63,674 nucleotides of DNA, filler included, from Reticulomyxa filosa (GCA_000512085.1; 22 parts of 22 records of this genome joined end to end with filler, not necessarily neighbours in it), one strand, 5' to 3'. Shown: positions 1-12,075, counted from the whole stretch's first letter. The notes: a model not told the origin generated them from the sequence alone. Numbers and translations are program-made.

Positions 1-61
1 TAAAAAAAAAAAAAAGGATACACGTATATATTACTCATATATACGTGGTGGTTTACTCAAC

Positions 62-1468
62 CTTTTATAAATAACAAATTTTCGTCACAAAAAATGGTTT
101 TCAAGAATAATTCAAAGTGATGACACAACAAGTCGTCTTGCAGCACATCTTCGAAAGTGGGAACGAGGTGGGGATTGGAGCTGTGTTTGATCAGCAGATT
201 GGACCGTCCTCGAGTGGGGTGTTTTTGATCGTCAAATGTGGTATCGTGTTCTTTTTTTTGGAATTGAACAGAACTGTGATGTTGAAGTTGGAGTTGGGCT
301 TGAGTGTGGATGTGGTCATTTCGACGACCCTTCACAAATAAAGTGTTGTTAGCATGTTGTTTTGGGGATTCCATTGTTGGCAGCATTGTGGGTTTGGACA
401 ATTGATCCAGCGACATAGAGCGAATCATTTCATTGCTTGCCATGGATGTGCCCAAGAAAAGCGGGCTGGATATTTTTTTGTCGGCTGAGGTGATACTACT
501 GATGCTATTACTGTTGCTGTTGCTATTGCTATGACTGTTGCTACCGTTGTGGGGCATCGTGGCACTCAGTCGAGGAGTTGTCGACGATGTGGTGAAATGA
601 TAATAAGGTAGAGGTCGATCGATGTAATCATCTTCCTCACTCGAAGAGTCGTTTTGTTGTGATTTCAAGGCCACGGGCACACAACCGATCCTTGTAATTG
701 ATCCGTGTAAGGACCCATTGTCACTCAAGTTGGACATCGACGTGGACATTTTCGTCACACTCGTTATGCTCAATTTCGTATTTGCCTCTGTTCACATGGA
801 CATGGCATGTGTCATTTATGTCCATTGCAATGTGTGTTTGTTTTTGTCATGGTCATATCATACTCCTTTGTCGTGTCCCCCCCCTTTCTCTCTCTCCTCC
901 TCTCTCTTTATTATATTCCTTTCTCATTTTCTTTTTTCAAGTCGCAAAACTTGTTGCACCCTCTTGGAGTGGCGAGGCCTCCACGTGTGTTTCCTTTTGG
1001 TCTTCGATCACTTCCAATACACCTGACGAGCGTTTCAACAGTCGGTTTGACCGCACGGTCTGACCATTAGCCCGCTTTGGTGATGACGAGGATGATTGTT
1101 TCATTCTTCGACTACCCTAACATTTTTTCCATCAAAACATTTTTATTCAAATAGAAAAAAAAAAAAAAAATTTTCATTTATTCTTTTCTAATATAGTGAA
1201 TATAACTTTTCGAAAGGAAAAAACACTTTTGACTCTTTCCGTTAAACTCTTGCGCGCATTGCCGTCATGCTCTTCACTCGCATTGGAGTGTTCATTATTT
1301 GCATTGCCCTTCTTTTTCACTATCTTTCTGGTCTCTGCTTCGACTTTGATTCCATTTGCTTGAGAGCATTGTTCTAATTGACTCTCTCCATTCTTTGTTG
1401 CATTTAACGAAACTGATTTCGTCATCAAATTTTTCTCTTGCTGTGCTGGTTCAGTGAAAGGAGAATCC
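62..1468 (-). CDS. RGS-domain protein, partial, multi-exon (about 1468-1207, 1117-951, about 790-62)
   Basis: A Ser-rich region is followed by PTFEDVLQDDLLCHHFELFLKTIFCDENLLF, matching RGS helices 1-4 (L.D.....F..FL..E...ENL.F). GT donor at 61. The middle exon reads GSRRMKQSSSSSPKR...EGAT. Confidence 0.7.
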
Positions 1469-1527
1469 TCTTTTTTTTTTTTTTTAGCATTCTGACAATC
1501 AAACGAAAAAAAAAAAAAATTCAATGT

Positions 1528-1627
1528 NNNNNNNNNNNNNNNNNNNNNNNNNNNNNNNNNNNNNNNNNNNNTTAATTAATTAANNNNNNNNNNNNNNNNN
1601 NNNNNNNNNNNNNNNNNNNNNNNNNNN
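1528..1627. other. Artificial contig-joining spacer (first of 21): N44-TTAATTAATTAA-N44
   Basis: Identical 100-nt spacers start at 1528, 5510, 6772, 8395, 9709, 18639, 20876, 28182, 29428, 32628, 39159, 40688, 42642, 46281, 48364, 51472, 53205, 54332, 56124, 57304 and 61893. The core has stop codons in all six frames. Confidence 0.98.
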
Positions 1628-1785
1628 AAAAAAAATGATTGATAAAAGATATTTTAAAGACATTTTCTTTTTCTACAAAGTACTAAAAAAAATGCTGGCT
1701 CGTATTGAAAGCCAGTGCCTCTACCTTTGACAATTGTTACAGCAAACTTTGAACATTTTCTAAAAGGGAGTTGAAACAATGGCAA

Positions 1786-2922
1786 TTACGGCCGAGAAAA
1801 ATGGTCAAGTGCCACTCTCTCTGCTAACTTTTGCTCGATGTTGGAGCCAGTCAAGGCGGCAATGAAAACGTGTAATTCTTTCGGCAATTTGGAAAGCAGA
1901 GTAGTTTTGCTCCGGAAAGCTTGCGCCAAGAGTCGTGAATTTTTTCGGATTTCGACGATATTGAAAGGCACGGATTGAAGGCCCTTGACAGTGTGTACGT
2001 AAAGAAAGTTGTCGTATACGTGGAAAATTTGATCTGTGCCAGGTAGCACAATGTGAGGAGTCGCCTCGGTACTGCCGGAATGATCGTATTGTCCGATAAA
2101 CTTATGTGACTCCGACAAGCAATCCCACAGCTTTAGAGCCATAATGGGACGAATTTTTCTGTCAAACGTCACTAGTTTGTAAGGGCCAATGGGGATTATG
2201 GTGTCAATCACATTTGTGTTTTTGATCACCTTTCGCAACCGTATAGTCCCGTCCATGAGGACAGTAAAAATACTCAAGTCATATCCTCCGGTAATGACAT
2301 TACCAGTCGACGGCACTACAGACATGGAGTAAACACGACCCATAGAGCAGGAACTGATTTGGGTGCACTCTTCACGTGTCACTTTCCATACGGTCAATTG
2401 TCTATGACAACATGCACCGACTACCAAGTAGCCTCTGGACGTTACTACGAGCATCTCTTCTGGACGATGAACCAGATTCGCTTTTGAAAATAGGCCTTTT
2501 CCAGTTAAAACATCAAAAACGGCAAAACCACCCCAAGCCAAGGAGTTAGAGCCACCAATTGCAATCAAATTGTTTTCAAGTGATGTAATTGACATCCCAA
2601 AGGAAAACAGTATTGAGTAGTCATCGAAGAGCCTTTTGCAATAAGAGTCTCGAATGTGCCATAGTCTCACGGTTTCGTCATCACTCGTTGTTACAAAATG
2701 GACTCCATCATTCAACACTGTAATGCTATACACCTCTTTTTCGTGCCCCCAAAATGTTCGTTCGTGAATGCATACAAACGATGCCCTTAGGTACGTCCAT
2801 AGTTCAATCACTCCGTTTTTTCTTCCTCCGAGAAATTGAGTGCTTGAGAGCGGAACGATAATATCTACTCTCGAATCACCATAACTACTTTCTAGTTTCA
2901 GTTTTGGAAGTTTTTTACTCAT
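1786..2922 (-). CDS. Intronless WD40-repeat protein (378 aa) with C-terminal F-box-like tail
   Basis: GHEKEVYSITVLNDGVHFVTTSDDETVRLW is a canonical WD repeat. Further blade ends are IELW, LTVW and LKLWD. The tail is LSKLPKELHVFIAALT. Confidence 0.8.
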   Translation of the reverse strand: MSKKLPKLKLESSYGDSRVDIIVPLSSTQFLGGRKNGVIELWTYLRASFVCIHERTFWGHEKEVYSITVLNDGVHFVTTSDDETVRLWHIRDSYCKRLFDDYSILFSFGMSITSLENNLIAIGGSNSLAWGGFAVFDVLTGKGLFSKANLVHRPEEMLVVTSRGYLVVGACCHRQLTVWKVTREECTQISSCSMGRVYSMSVVPSTGNVITGGYDLSIFTVLMDGTIRLRKVIKNTNVIDTIIPIGPYKLVTFDRKIRPIMALKLWDCLSESHKFIGQYDHSGSTEATPHIVLPGTDQIFHVYDNFLYVHTVKGLQSVPFNIVEIRKNSRLLAQAFRSKTTLLSKLPKELHVFIAALTGSNIEQKLAERVALDHFSRP

Positions 2923-3428
2923 TTAATGTTTTTTTTTCACACTTTCCAAGAATTACTTACTGGCTTCATGAACCTCGCCACGAAATTTCTTCTTCCCTCT
3001 TTTGCTATTGGATTTCAAATTGTCGGTATGATAATTAAAAAATTTAAATCAATTTATTAACAAAAAATTGCAGTGGTCTGGTTTTATTTTTTGATTTTTT
3101 TGTTGTTCGTGTTCAAGTGAAGATTGTTAAAAACATTCGACAGTTGGCGAGTTTACACAATACTATTTTTCAACTTTTTTGTTTATGATTTGCTTTTTAA
3201 TGGTGCTAAACTGGAATAAGTTAAAAGTGTTTAGAGAAGAAACTTTTTGATCAAATAATTTAAAGTCAATGAAAACTTAAATGAGATAAAGAAATTTTAA
3301 AGATTAGATGTCAAAGTGTGTTCATAACTCTTCATGTCTCAAAAAAAACAATCCCAGGACCAATTTTTTTTATTTAAGCAATATTTGAGGTTACCAAAGG
3401 ACTATTTTTAGTGTTAACCTTCAATACC

Positions 3429-4782
3429 ATGCAGTACAACCGTGCCACTTACCAAAGGGAAGTCGTTGCACAACACCGGCAATCATTGTCGGCACTGTAT
3501 TGTCATTTCGACAGTGGTACTATTACCCAAGCTGAATTTGTGAAAAGAATACACGCGCTTGGCATTCAAATAACCACAGCATTTCAAAATGTAATTGAAA
3601 TAGTTTTTTTTTGATCATAGAGGGCAACGAAAATAGTTGAGCCAAAAAACAAAAAAAATTTTTGAGTCACTGTTGAACAAAAATTCCTTACAAAAATTAA
3701 AAACAAAGTTGATTCGTCGTCGTCAAGACAAATTGAAATTTCATGACGTATTGCAAGCACTCCAAAGTTTTGATGAAGATGTAAACCAAGGAGCTTCTAA
3801 CAAAAGGGAAGACTATTCCCGCAAATATAATCCCGATGCCTACAAGTATACTCACGAAAAAGATTTTTTGCAATGGAACTCAAACAACCTGCCTCCACTT
3901 CCTTCTCTTACTCCCACCTTTTCTTCCCTTCCAACAGCTACTTGCAATGCAGGCAGCAACAGCAACACAACAGAGTATGTGCCAAGTTACACACAGTACA
4001 CTTCTCGTCCCAACAGCAGCTGCTACAGAAGTGGAACAAGTGCAAGGACGAACATATATCAAAAGATTGGAGACGATGAAGAGTTAAGAGGAGTTTTCAA
4101 AAATTATTCAGAAGGACATGTGAGTTTTGGTCAATTGGAAAATGAGATCAAATTGAGGTACACGACACTGAACCCGGCGCAAGAGCGCATATTAGCAGAA
4201 TGCCGTGCAAATGGCTCCAATGTTTCGTTATCGCAATTGTATTTAGCATTTAGCAAACCTCGAAAACAAGAGATTGGTAATTTTAGTAATAGTGAAGCAT
4301 TGGAAGCACAAAGACAACCCGTTGTGTTTGTCAATGATGGCAGTGATATCATTGCTTGGTCCAAACGAGACGAAGATATCGAAAATGTAAACAGTCTCAA
4401 TCAAAAGCCACCTCCAATATCAACTACACAACACCCTGTTGTAGATGAAAAGTATCAAAATTCTATTATCACTCCATCTTATTTTAAACAGACTACATCC
4501 TTGTCCAAAAAAGGATACGTACAAGCAAATAAGAGCTTCCAGTCTTCCATTGTCTTTAGTGATTGTATTATGCCTAATCCTTCTGCTTCCATCACAGAAA
4601 AATCTCAACCCTCTTTCAACGTTGCGCAGGCAAAGCCAGTCAGTAATATATTGCAATGGAACGAAACCAATGCCTCTCTTTCCAATAGCAACCAAGTTCC
4701 GAGCCAACCCCGTCAAGTCTCTTGGCAGAGATATTGGCACGATGACAGAGCCCCTTGCACTTATAACGAAGATGAGAGATGA
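3429..4782 (+). CDS. Two-exon hypothetical protein with degenerate EF-hand-like segments (exons 3429-3590, 3709-4782)
   Basis: A phase-0 GT..AG intron at 3591-3708 joins the two ORFs. FDSGTITQAEF and YSEGHVSFGQL resemble EF-hand loops. Confidence 0.6.
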
Positions 4783-5199
4783 AGTTAAAAAATGTTCAGA
4801 TTTATCGAATTTAATTGTAAAACCTCAATTGTTAAACTTAACATATTTTCAGAATTTTGGTAAAGGGTTGTCATTTGAGATTTTTTTTTTTCGTTTTGAA
4901 CGTGACCACCACAATTTCAGAAGACTCACTGATTACGCTATAAAGAGTGTTTATTTACAAATAACTAACCTCATGCACATTAGTCAAGTGCTACAATGTT
5001 TTGCTGATCAACATATTTTCACAATTGAAAATAAACCTTTCGATACTACTTTCAATTAATGTCACGTTATTAATATCAAAAAAGTTATAAAATAAAGAAA
5101 CTTAACAATAATTTCAAGAAAAATCGGAATAAACAAAATTTAAAAAATTTACTATTCCATGTTAAGAAATACAACGAAGCTTGCTATTCTATTTTTACA

Positions 5200-5420
5200 T
5201 TGGATCGCAGAAAACACTGACACCATAAAATAGCAACTTATGAATATGATTGATTATCTCCATGAAAAACAAACATTAAAAACAATTGTTATCCAAATTA
5301 CAATTACTATTTTTAGTATATATACAAATATAGACATACACAGTAAGTTGCAAAAAATGCTAATATGCCGAATGAACCTGTATGAAGAGAATCGATTTTC
5401 TCCAGAAAAATAAACATTTA
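5200..5420 (+). repeat. Two tandem degenerate copies (about 142-nt spacing) of a dispersed repeat
   Basis: ATTGATTATCTCCATGAAAAACAAACATT near 5249 and ATCGATTTTCTCCAGAAAAATAAACATT at 5391. Related copies lie at 6711-6771, 8355-8394 and 57815-57900. Confidence 0.7.
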
Positions 5421-6710
5421 AAATAATTTTTTTAAAAAAATATCCACATAACTTGAGGATTTCTAAAAAGAAACAAAAATATGTTTCATCTTGGTAATAC
5501 AGATTTTATNNNNNNNNNNNNNNNNNNNNNNNNNNNNNNNNNNNNNNNNNNNNTTAATTAATTAANNNNNNNNNNNNNNNNNNNNNNNNNNNNNNNNNNN
5601 NNNNNNNNNTACTGCTTTGTATTTATGCTTTTTGCGTTATCTTATAAAAACAATCAGTTCTATTATTGATAGGCAATATGGAATGCTTTTAGCATTTCAT
5701 CATATAATATTTCTTTATAAATTGTGCCATCCAAAAATATGATTTTTTTCAATCATATACAGTCCAATTCTGTGTTAATCAATAAAATTAAGTCACTTTG
5801 CTTTATGTTCTTCAATTAGTTTGGCTTTATATTTTTGTCCATTCAACTTCAAATCTTAGTTATTGCTAAATAAAAAATTATAATTTTACTTTCGATACTT
5901 AATAGTCTTTCAAGTTTTTCAATGTCATAATGATGTAATGTCAAATCTTATTACAAATCACAAAGTTCAAATATAAAAAAAAAGAAAGATTTTAATAAAG
6001 TAGAATTTTAGGTGTTATATTTTTTTTGCAAACTAATGAAGGCGAAATTGCAAAATAAAGAAACGTGTTTTTCTCAAATTCTAAAAGAGATATGATCATC
6101 ATTTTTTTTTGATTATATCTACGTGATGTCAAGTTTCTGAAAAATAAAAAAAGATTTAAAATTTTCATAATAACAATGTAAGTAAATAATAGTAATTTTC
6201 TTTTAAAATTTACAAAAATCAAATGAAAATAATCCAGTGTCATATTTAAAAACTTCAACATTTGTACATATTTAAAATAATAAAAATTAGGATTAATTGT
6301 TTATTTTTATGGAGAAAGTCTATCATCTTCATAAAGTAGTATTTTAGGTGTGTAAAAAAAATATTTAGATTTTGGAGTAATAACAATGAAGTGAATAAAT
6401 CAAAGAGATTAAACAATTATAATTACCAAATTCTTCATGGAAATTACAAACATCCAATTGTATTGAAAGAGATTATTTTGGGGTGCATTTGTTATATATA
6501 TCATTTATCATCTATGAAATATAGACGTATTTGATTAAAAAATGACGAAGATATCAAAAATTTTTTTAATAGTTCAAAGAGCATTACAACAATATAAATG
6601 AATGATAATTTAGATTGGACAATACAATCATATAAAACGGCATTGCAAATTTAACAAAATGATGGAAGAGCCATTTACTTCAAATAATGTTAATGAAACA
6701 ACATAATAAA

Positions 6711-6771
6711 GTAGATTGCAAAAAAAACTGACATACCTAAATGGCACTATATGAAGAGAATTGATTTTCTC
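6711..6771 (+). repeat. Copy of the same dispersed repeat at a contig end
   Basis: GTAGATTGCAAAAAAAACTGAC...TATGAAGAGAATTGATTTTCTC aligns with 5343-5402. Confidence 0.7.
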
Positions 6772-6871
6772 NNNNNNNNNNNNNNNNNNNNNNNNNNNNN
6801 NNNNNNNNNNNNNNNTTAATTAATTAANNNNNNNNNNNNNNNNNNNNNNNNNNNNNNNNNNNNNNNNNNNN

Positions 6872-6910
<39 letters not shown>

Positions 6911-7002
6911 CCCTCTTTCTCTCTTTCTCTTTCTCTGTTTGTTGGAAATGCTTGCATTTGCAAACAAACAAATAAACAAACAAAAAAATGTTATGAATGT
7001 AC

Positions 7003-7962
7003 CAGCATTGATGCAAGAAACTCTTTTGTCAAAACGCCTTTGTTCTTCAAATCATTGATAGTACGTCGTCGCTCTTCGATCCAGTCCTTCACTTTATCGG
7101 TTTCACTATTCTCGCTTTTCACAACAACCATTTTGTGTGGCCAAACATACGCGCTTAAAATTCTATCTCTTTATTTATACTCTCTCAAATATAATCATGC
7201 TGTCTTTTTCAAACCTTACGTGCATTTCAGAGCACAGGCAAGCAAACAAACACAACATACAAGGTGGTATCACTTGGGTCTTTGCCATTGTGAGATATCG
7301 GATCGATTGTGTCGGATTGCTATCATCACAGAGATATATATGTGTATATACACATACACATCAAAACACTTTTTAATATATACATATGTGCATATACATA
7401 TGATGAAACCTCCTCTCTTGTTTCTTTGTCCCTCTCAATCTTTCAATGGTCATAGTTATCAATATTCACACAATACACAAGCTTTTTCAATAAATGCCAT
7501 TCAAAAAAAAAAAAAAAAGAGGGTATACGTATTTGGAAGGGACTTATAACGAGAAAGGAAACGAAGAAACAAGGAAAAGGAGGGGAAAGGCATGCTTAGC
7601 CTCTTATTCTTCATTGTTCCACGTTTTTACATTTGTGTTTGTTTTTGGGTGCAAGTCAAAACCTTATCGTTGGGTTGTGAGATTGATATCGGAGAGTCAG
7701 CTTGCGGTACAATTTCGGGGGGTGGAGGTGTTTTAACCGGGACATAGATACCTTGCTGTTGCAATTGAATTAGTGTTGGTCTTCGGTTAGGAGATAGTTG
7801 GCTTTCTAAATGCTTTGTTAACAATTTTTTCACTGGGCCACTAAATATATCCATATAATTTCCAAAGTTTATGTTGGCAGAATCAATGGTTTTCTTACGG
7901 GTCCTCCCTCGACTGGAGGAATCATTGCTTTTGTTGCTATAAGAGTAACCCGAGGAGTGCAT
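7003..7962 (-). CDS. RPEL-repeat (G-actin-binding) protein, 5' part, multi-exon
   Basis: ATG at 7962. LTKHLESQLSPNRRPTLIQLQQQGIY fits the RPEL pattern (L...L..RP....L...GI). A downstream exon (about 7140-7003) gives KVKDWIEERRRTINDLKNKGVL, a second RPEL-like motif. Confidence 0.6.
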
Positions 7963-8354
7963 GTTATTGAAGGAAGTATGGCAGGTGAAAAAAATGCACT
8001 CCAAAACCTTTTTGGTCTTTCTCTTTTTTTGTCTATTTTCTACGTTAACTAAACATACAAGTGATACAAACTGAAAAATTTCTATCAAAAAATGATGCAA
8101 TACTTGCATATTGAAAACAAAATTTGAAAACGTTTATCTTTATGCAAATGATCAATGTTAGAAAAGAAGGAAAAAACAAATTTTCACATAAAAAAAAAAT
8201 TCGATTATATAATAAACAATAGACACAATAGTTTATCAAGAAAAGTAGCTAAATAGCAAAATAATAAAGGTAACAAAAAAATAAGTTTAAATTCGAACAA
8301 ATACTGAAATGCTGAATAACTGCACAAATAAAAATGATGCTAACAACTAGTGAT

Positions 8355-8394
8355 GAATGGCATGTTTACTACAGTAGATTGCAAAAAAAACCGC
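8355..8394 (+). repeat. Copy of the same dispersed repeat at a contig end
   Basis: ACTACAGTAGATTGCAAAAAAAAC shares GTAGATTGCAAAAAAAAC with 6711 and resembles ACTACAGTGGAATGCAAAG near 57816. Confidence 0.6.
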
Positions 8395-9360
8395 NNNNNN
8401 NNNNNNNNNNNNNNNNNNNNNNNNNNNNNNNNNNNNNNTTAATTAATTAANNNNNNNNNNNNNNNNNNNNNNNNNNNNNNNNNNNNNNNNNNNNTATATA
8501 AGGCCAAGTCCATAATGTAGATGATACAAATAAGAAGACATACAAGGCAGCTAAAATTCTTCACCAATTTTCTTCACTTCTTGTTTTTGTTTTTCTGCTG
8601 CTGAGAGAGATGTACAAACTGTAATACGAAAGGTTGAGCAATTTAAAAACAAAAGAGTAATAATTTAAATAAAAGAGAAAATATTCAACAAGTGAAATTG
8701 TTAGAATAAAGAGATTCCAAAGACATTATGAGTAACTTACATGTGTTATTAATCTTTTAGTTATTAATTTACTATTGTTTTATCAAAAGCAGTTTTCTTC
8801 AGATAGAAAACTTTTCGTATTATATATATTTTTATTTTTTGTTGTAATTCTGTAAATTATTTTTTCTTACTACAATGAAATATAAATAAATATTATTGAT
8901 ATTACCAAGTGTAATAAGAAAATAATTAATGAAAGATGTAATTAAATAATAAAGATAAGAAAACAGAATGAAGGTTGTTGATGAAAAAAGAGTTCCCTCG
9001 TTTATATGAAGATTCTACTGTAATTAGTAGGGAATTGTACTACATTACTTATATCTTTTATTACTTTTATTAAAAATTGGATAATTAAAAATTTTTTTTG
9101 TTTCTGTCTTTCATTTGAGTAAAATAATAACATGTTTCAGTGTTTCTCTTTCTTAAAAAAACTTTTTGCACAAGAAACAAAGCCATCATCAGCATTCACT
9201 ACCACGTTTAACTAAAAGTATATCAAATAATATTTGATAGTGATCTTAGAAGTATGTATATTATTAAAGTCAAATAATTTTTTTCCATTTCACAAAAAAG
9301 TTTCCATAATAATACATTTTCATTCCCATCAACAATGTTGCATAATATAATTTTCAAATT

Positions 9361-9392
9361 ATCTGGGTTTATCTGGGTTTATCTGAGTTTAT
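9361..9392 (+). repeat. Short tandem 10-mer (ATCTGGGTTT) x3
   Basis: atctgggttt atctgggttt atctgagttt. Confidence 0.8.
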
Positions 9393-9869
9393 ATATGTAT
9401 ATATAAATTGCTATCTTGTAATTTTGTAATTTGTTTTGATTTTTAGAAAAGAAATTCAATTATTATATGTTATCTTTGCATGAAAATATTTCATAAAGAA
9501 CTAATTGCTAGAGTAAAAAAATAATTATATTATAATATATATTTTTTGATATTGTAAATAATAATAATAATAAAAATATTCATCATCATCATCATAATAA
9601 TAAAAGAACAACACACTTTCAACCCAAAAATTATTATCATTAAAAAAAAAGGATTCCAAGACAGAGGCAATAAACCTCAGATGGACTCAAAAAGCTTTGG
9701 ATGATTGANNNNNNNNNNNNNNNNNNNNNNNNNNNNNNNNNNNNNNNNNNNNTTAATTAATTAANNNNNNNNNNNNNNNNNNNNNNNNNNNNNNNNNNNN
9801 NNNNNNNNAAAAAAAAAAAAAAAAAAAAAAAAGAAAATTCCTTTTTTTTTGTTTGTTGTGTACACATAT

Positions 9870-10664
9870 ATAGAACAGAACTGCAGAATGAAGTTTGGCG
9901 TGAATGTGCAAATACAAATCATCTTTTTGTTGATGGGTTCTGAGGTGGTGATGGTCGACGTCAAAGAGCAGCAAGCCTTGAAAGGACGGACTAACTTCGG
10001 GATTGCTGATATGCAGCAAGTATTTCAACTGCTTGGTTTGGCTCAGCTGCTTTTCTTTTTCACTCAAAGTGCTGTGATGTTTACTTGTCGACACAAATCG
10101 AGCCAAACACCAATCGCCAAACCCACTATTTACACCCATCCAACGCTTCCCTGCTTGTTCCACCTTATTCTGCCATTCCAACTTTTTCTTATCGTTCCAA
10201 TCCATTTCTTCGCATTCGGGAATTGCATTCCAATCGCGATGAGTGAACCCAAAAAAGAAGTACTTTTTTTTTTTTTTTTTTTTTGATGTTTGTTTATTTG
10301 TTGAAAGTTAGTTAAAGTTAAAGTTTAAAAAAAAAAACAACAAAACTTTGACATTGGAAATGGCATCCATCCATCCATAAGCATTTTTGGCCTCGAAGCA
10401 ATCAAAGATCCACGTTCGGTGCTGTGTGACAATATAAAATCCGTAGTTGGACTGCAAGTCGCCGATATTCACACTCTTTGGTAGCTCTCGCTGTCGCGTC
10501 GACGATATGATCCCACACTCACTTCCGCTGGTAAACGCTATGCAACCTGAGTCGTGTTTGTCACTTATGCATTTGTTTATTTCTATATTTGTTTGTGTTC
10601 ACTTGGCCGTCATTTTTTTCCAAGTCAACAAAGAAACATACATACGTATACATTATACATATAT

Positions 10665-10698
<34 letters not shown>

Positions 10699-11729
10699 GT
10701 ATAATGTATAATGTATATACGTATATATGTGTAATATGTATATGTTTAAAAATGAATTATGATAATCAATTTGCCTTTGAGCTTTCGAAGGGTGTCATCC
10801 TTGAAATACAAAAGTCGAAATCGAAAAAGACTGTGATAGTGTTGCAAGACTTTCAATCTCATGTATTGCCGATCTTGGTCATTGTGGTACTCCACAATGG
10901 GGTCATCGGGTTTGTTGCCATGTCTGTGAGGATAAACGGTGGAAGTCTCGGTGTCAACATCGATTTGTTGGGCCAGCAACAGGCAATAGCGTCGCTTCAG
11001 CGATTTGTAATAAAATCCTTTTTTAAGCAGATATCCGGAATAAATAATGCGATAATGACACAATTCGGGAAATTTTCGATTGCATTCTTCTTCTCCACCA
11101 CCATCACCATCATCATCACCATCTTCTTTTTCTCTCGATGTTGTTATTGCTTCCAATTTCTCTTCTTCTGCTCCTCCCCCTCCTCCTCTATGACCATGCA
11201 GAGAGGTGAACGACAATGCATGCTTAGATTTGCGATGGAACTGCTGTTGATGTTGTTGTGCCAAAGAAAATGTCGATTTGTAAATATTCGAGGTTTGATG
11301 AATTGCACTAGGTTTATGTCCAATTGTCCCACTCAACATAGGCAAACTTTTAGTTTTCTTCTTTCTTGCATTGGCCATCAATTGGGGAATTGCTTGCTTT
11401 TTGTCTAAATCGATTGGGTGATAATCCTTCACACTCGTATCACAGTTCGCTGCTGAGCTTTTCATCCCCATTGTCGCTGCTCCTATCTTATGAAAATCCA
11501 CAACTACATTTTCTTCATCTTCCTTCTCCTTTTCTCTTTCCAAATATCGACGTCTTCCCTCTTCCACTTCTTTCTTTATTTGTGACGCGTCGTCCTCTTT
11601 TTCCAAATCGTGTCTTGTCACAAGATCATTGTCCTTTTTGATCAAATCATTTAGGTCCAAAATATCACCTAACAGTTTGTCGTCTATTATCTTCCCCGTA
11701 CCATTGGAATTAAAATTATTAGATGACAT
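9870..11729 (-). CDS. PH-domain protein, multi-exon, 3' partial
   Basis: N-half of the PH domain: IIYSGYLLKKGFYYKSLKRRYCLL...RLLYFKDDTLRKLKG. C-half in the exon about 10580-10347: FYIVTQHRTWIFDCFEAKNAYGWMDAI. A phase-0 intron at 10263-10346 joins to the 9753-10205 ORF. Confidence 0.8.
10655..10745. repeat. (TA)n-type microsatellite in an intron
   Basis: Similar (TA)/(TATG) tracts at about 18165, 32570, 52190, 52905 and 63600, all intronic or at contig ends. Confidence 0.85.
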
Positions 11730-12075
11730 TTTTTTTTTTGTTGTTCCCCTTTTCAGCAGAAAAATAACTATAAATTTCTGCCTGTTTCGGCGTTCACTTT
11801 TTTTTTTTTTTGGAACGAAAGACTCAAATCTTGTAAGATAACAATAAAAATGAGCTTACATTTTTTTTGTTAAAAATATTTAACCTGTGTCTTCTTATCA
11901 GACAGCATGTGAGAAAACAAGTATTGATGTAATCATTATCTTTGAATTTAGCCAGAAAAGCTGTTGCACAAAATTGACACTGCAATTCTCAAGAACGCGA
12001 AAAAATATCTTTTTCTCAACCCCGTGATTTGAGCTAATCTGAGAACGAGAGGAAAAAGTTCCTTTTTCCTTTGCT

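Noticed and set aside
9361-9392. ATCTGGGTTT repeats as telomeric sequence
   Set aside because: Only three internal copies, one imperfect, and not at a contig end.
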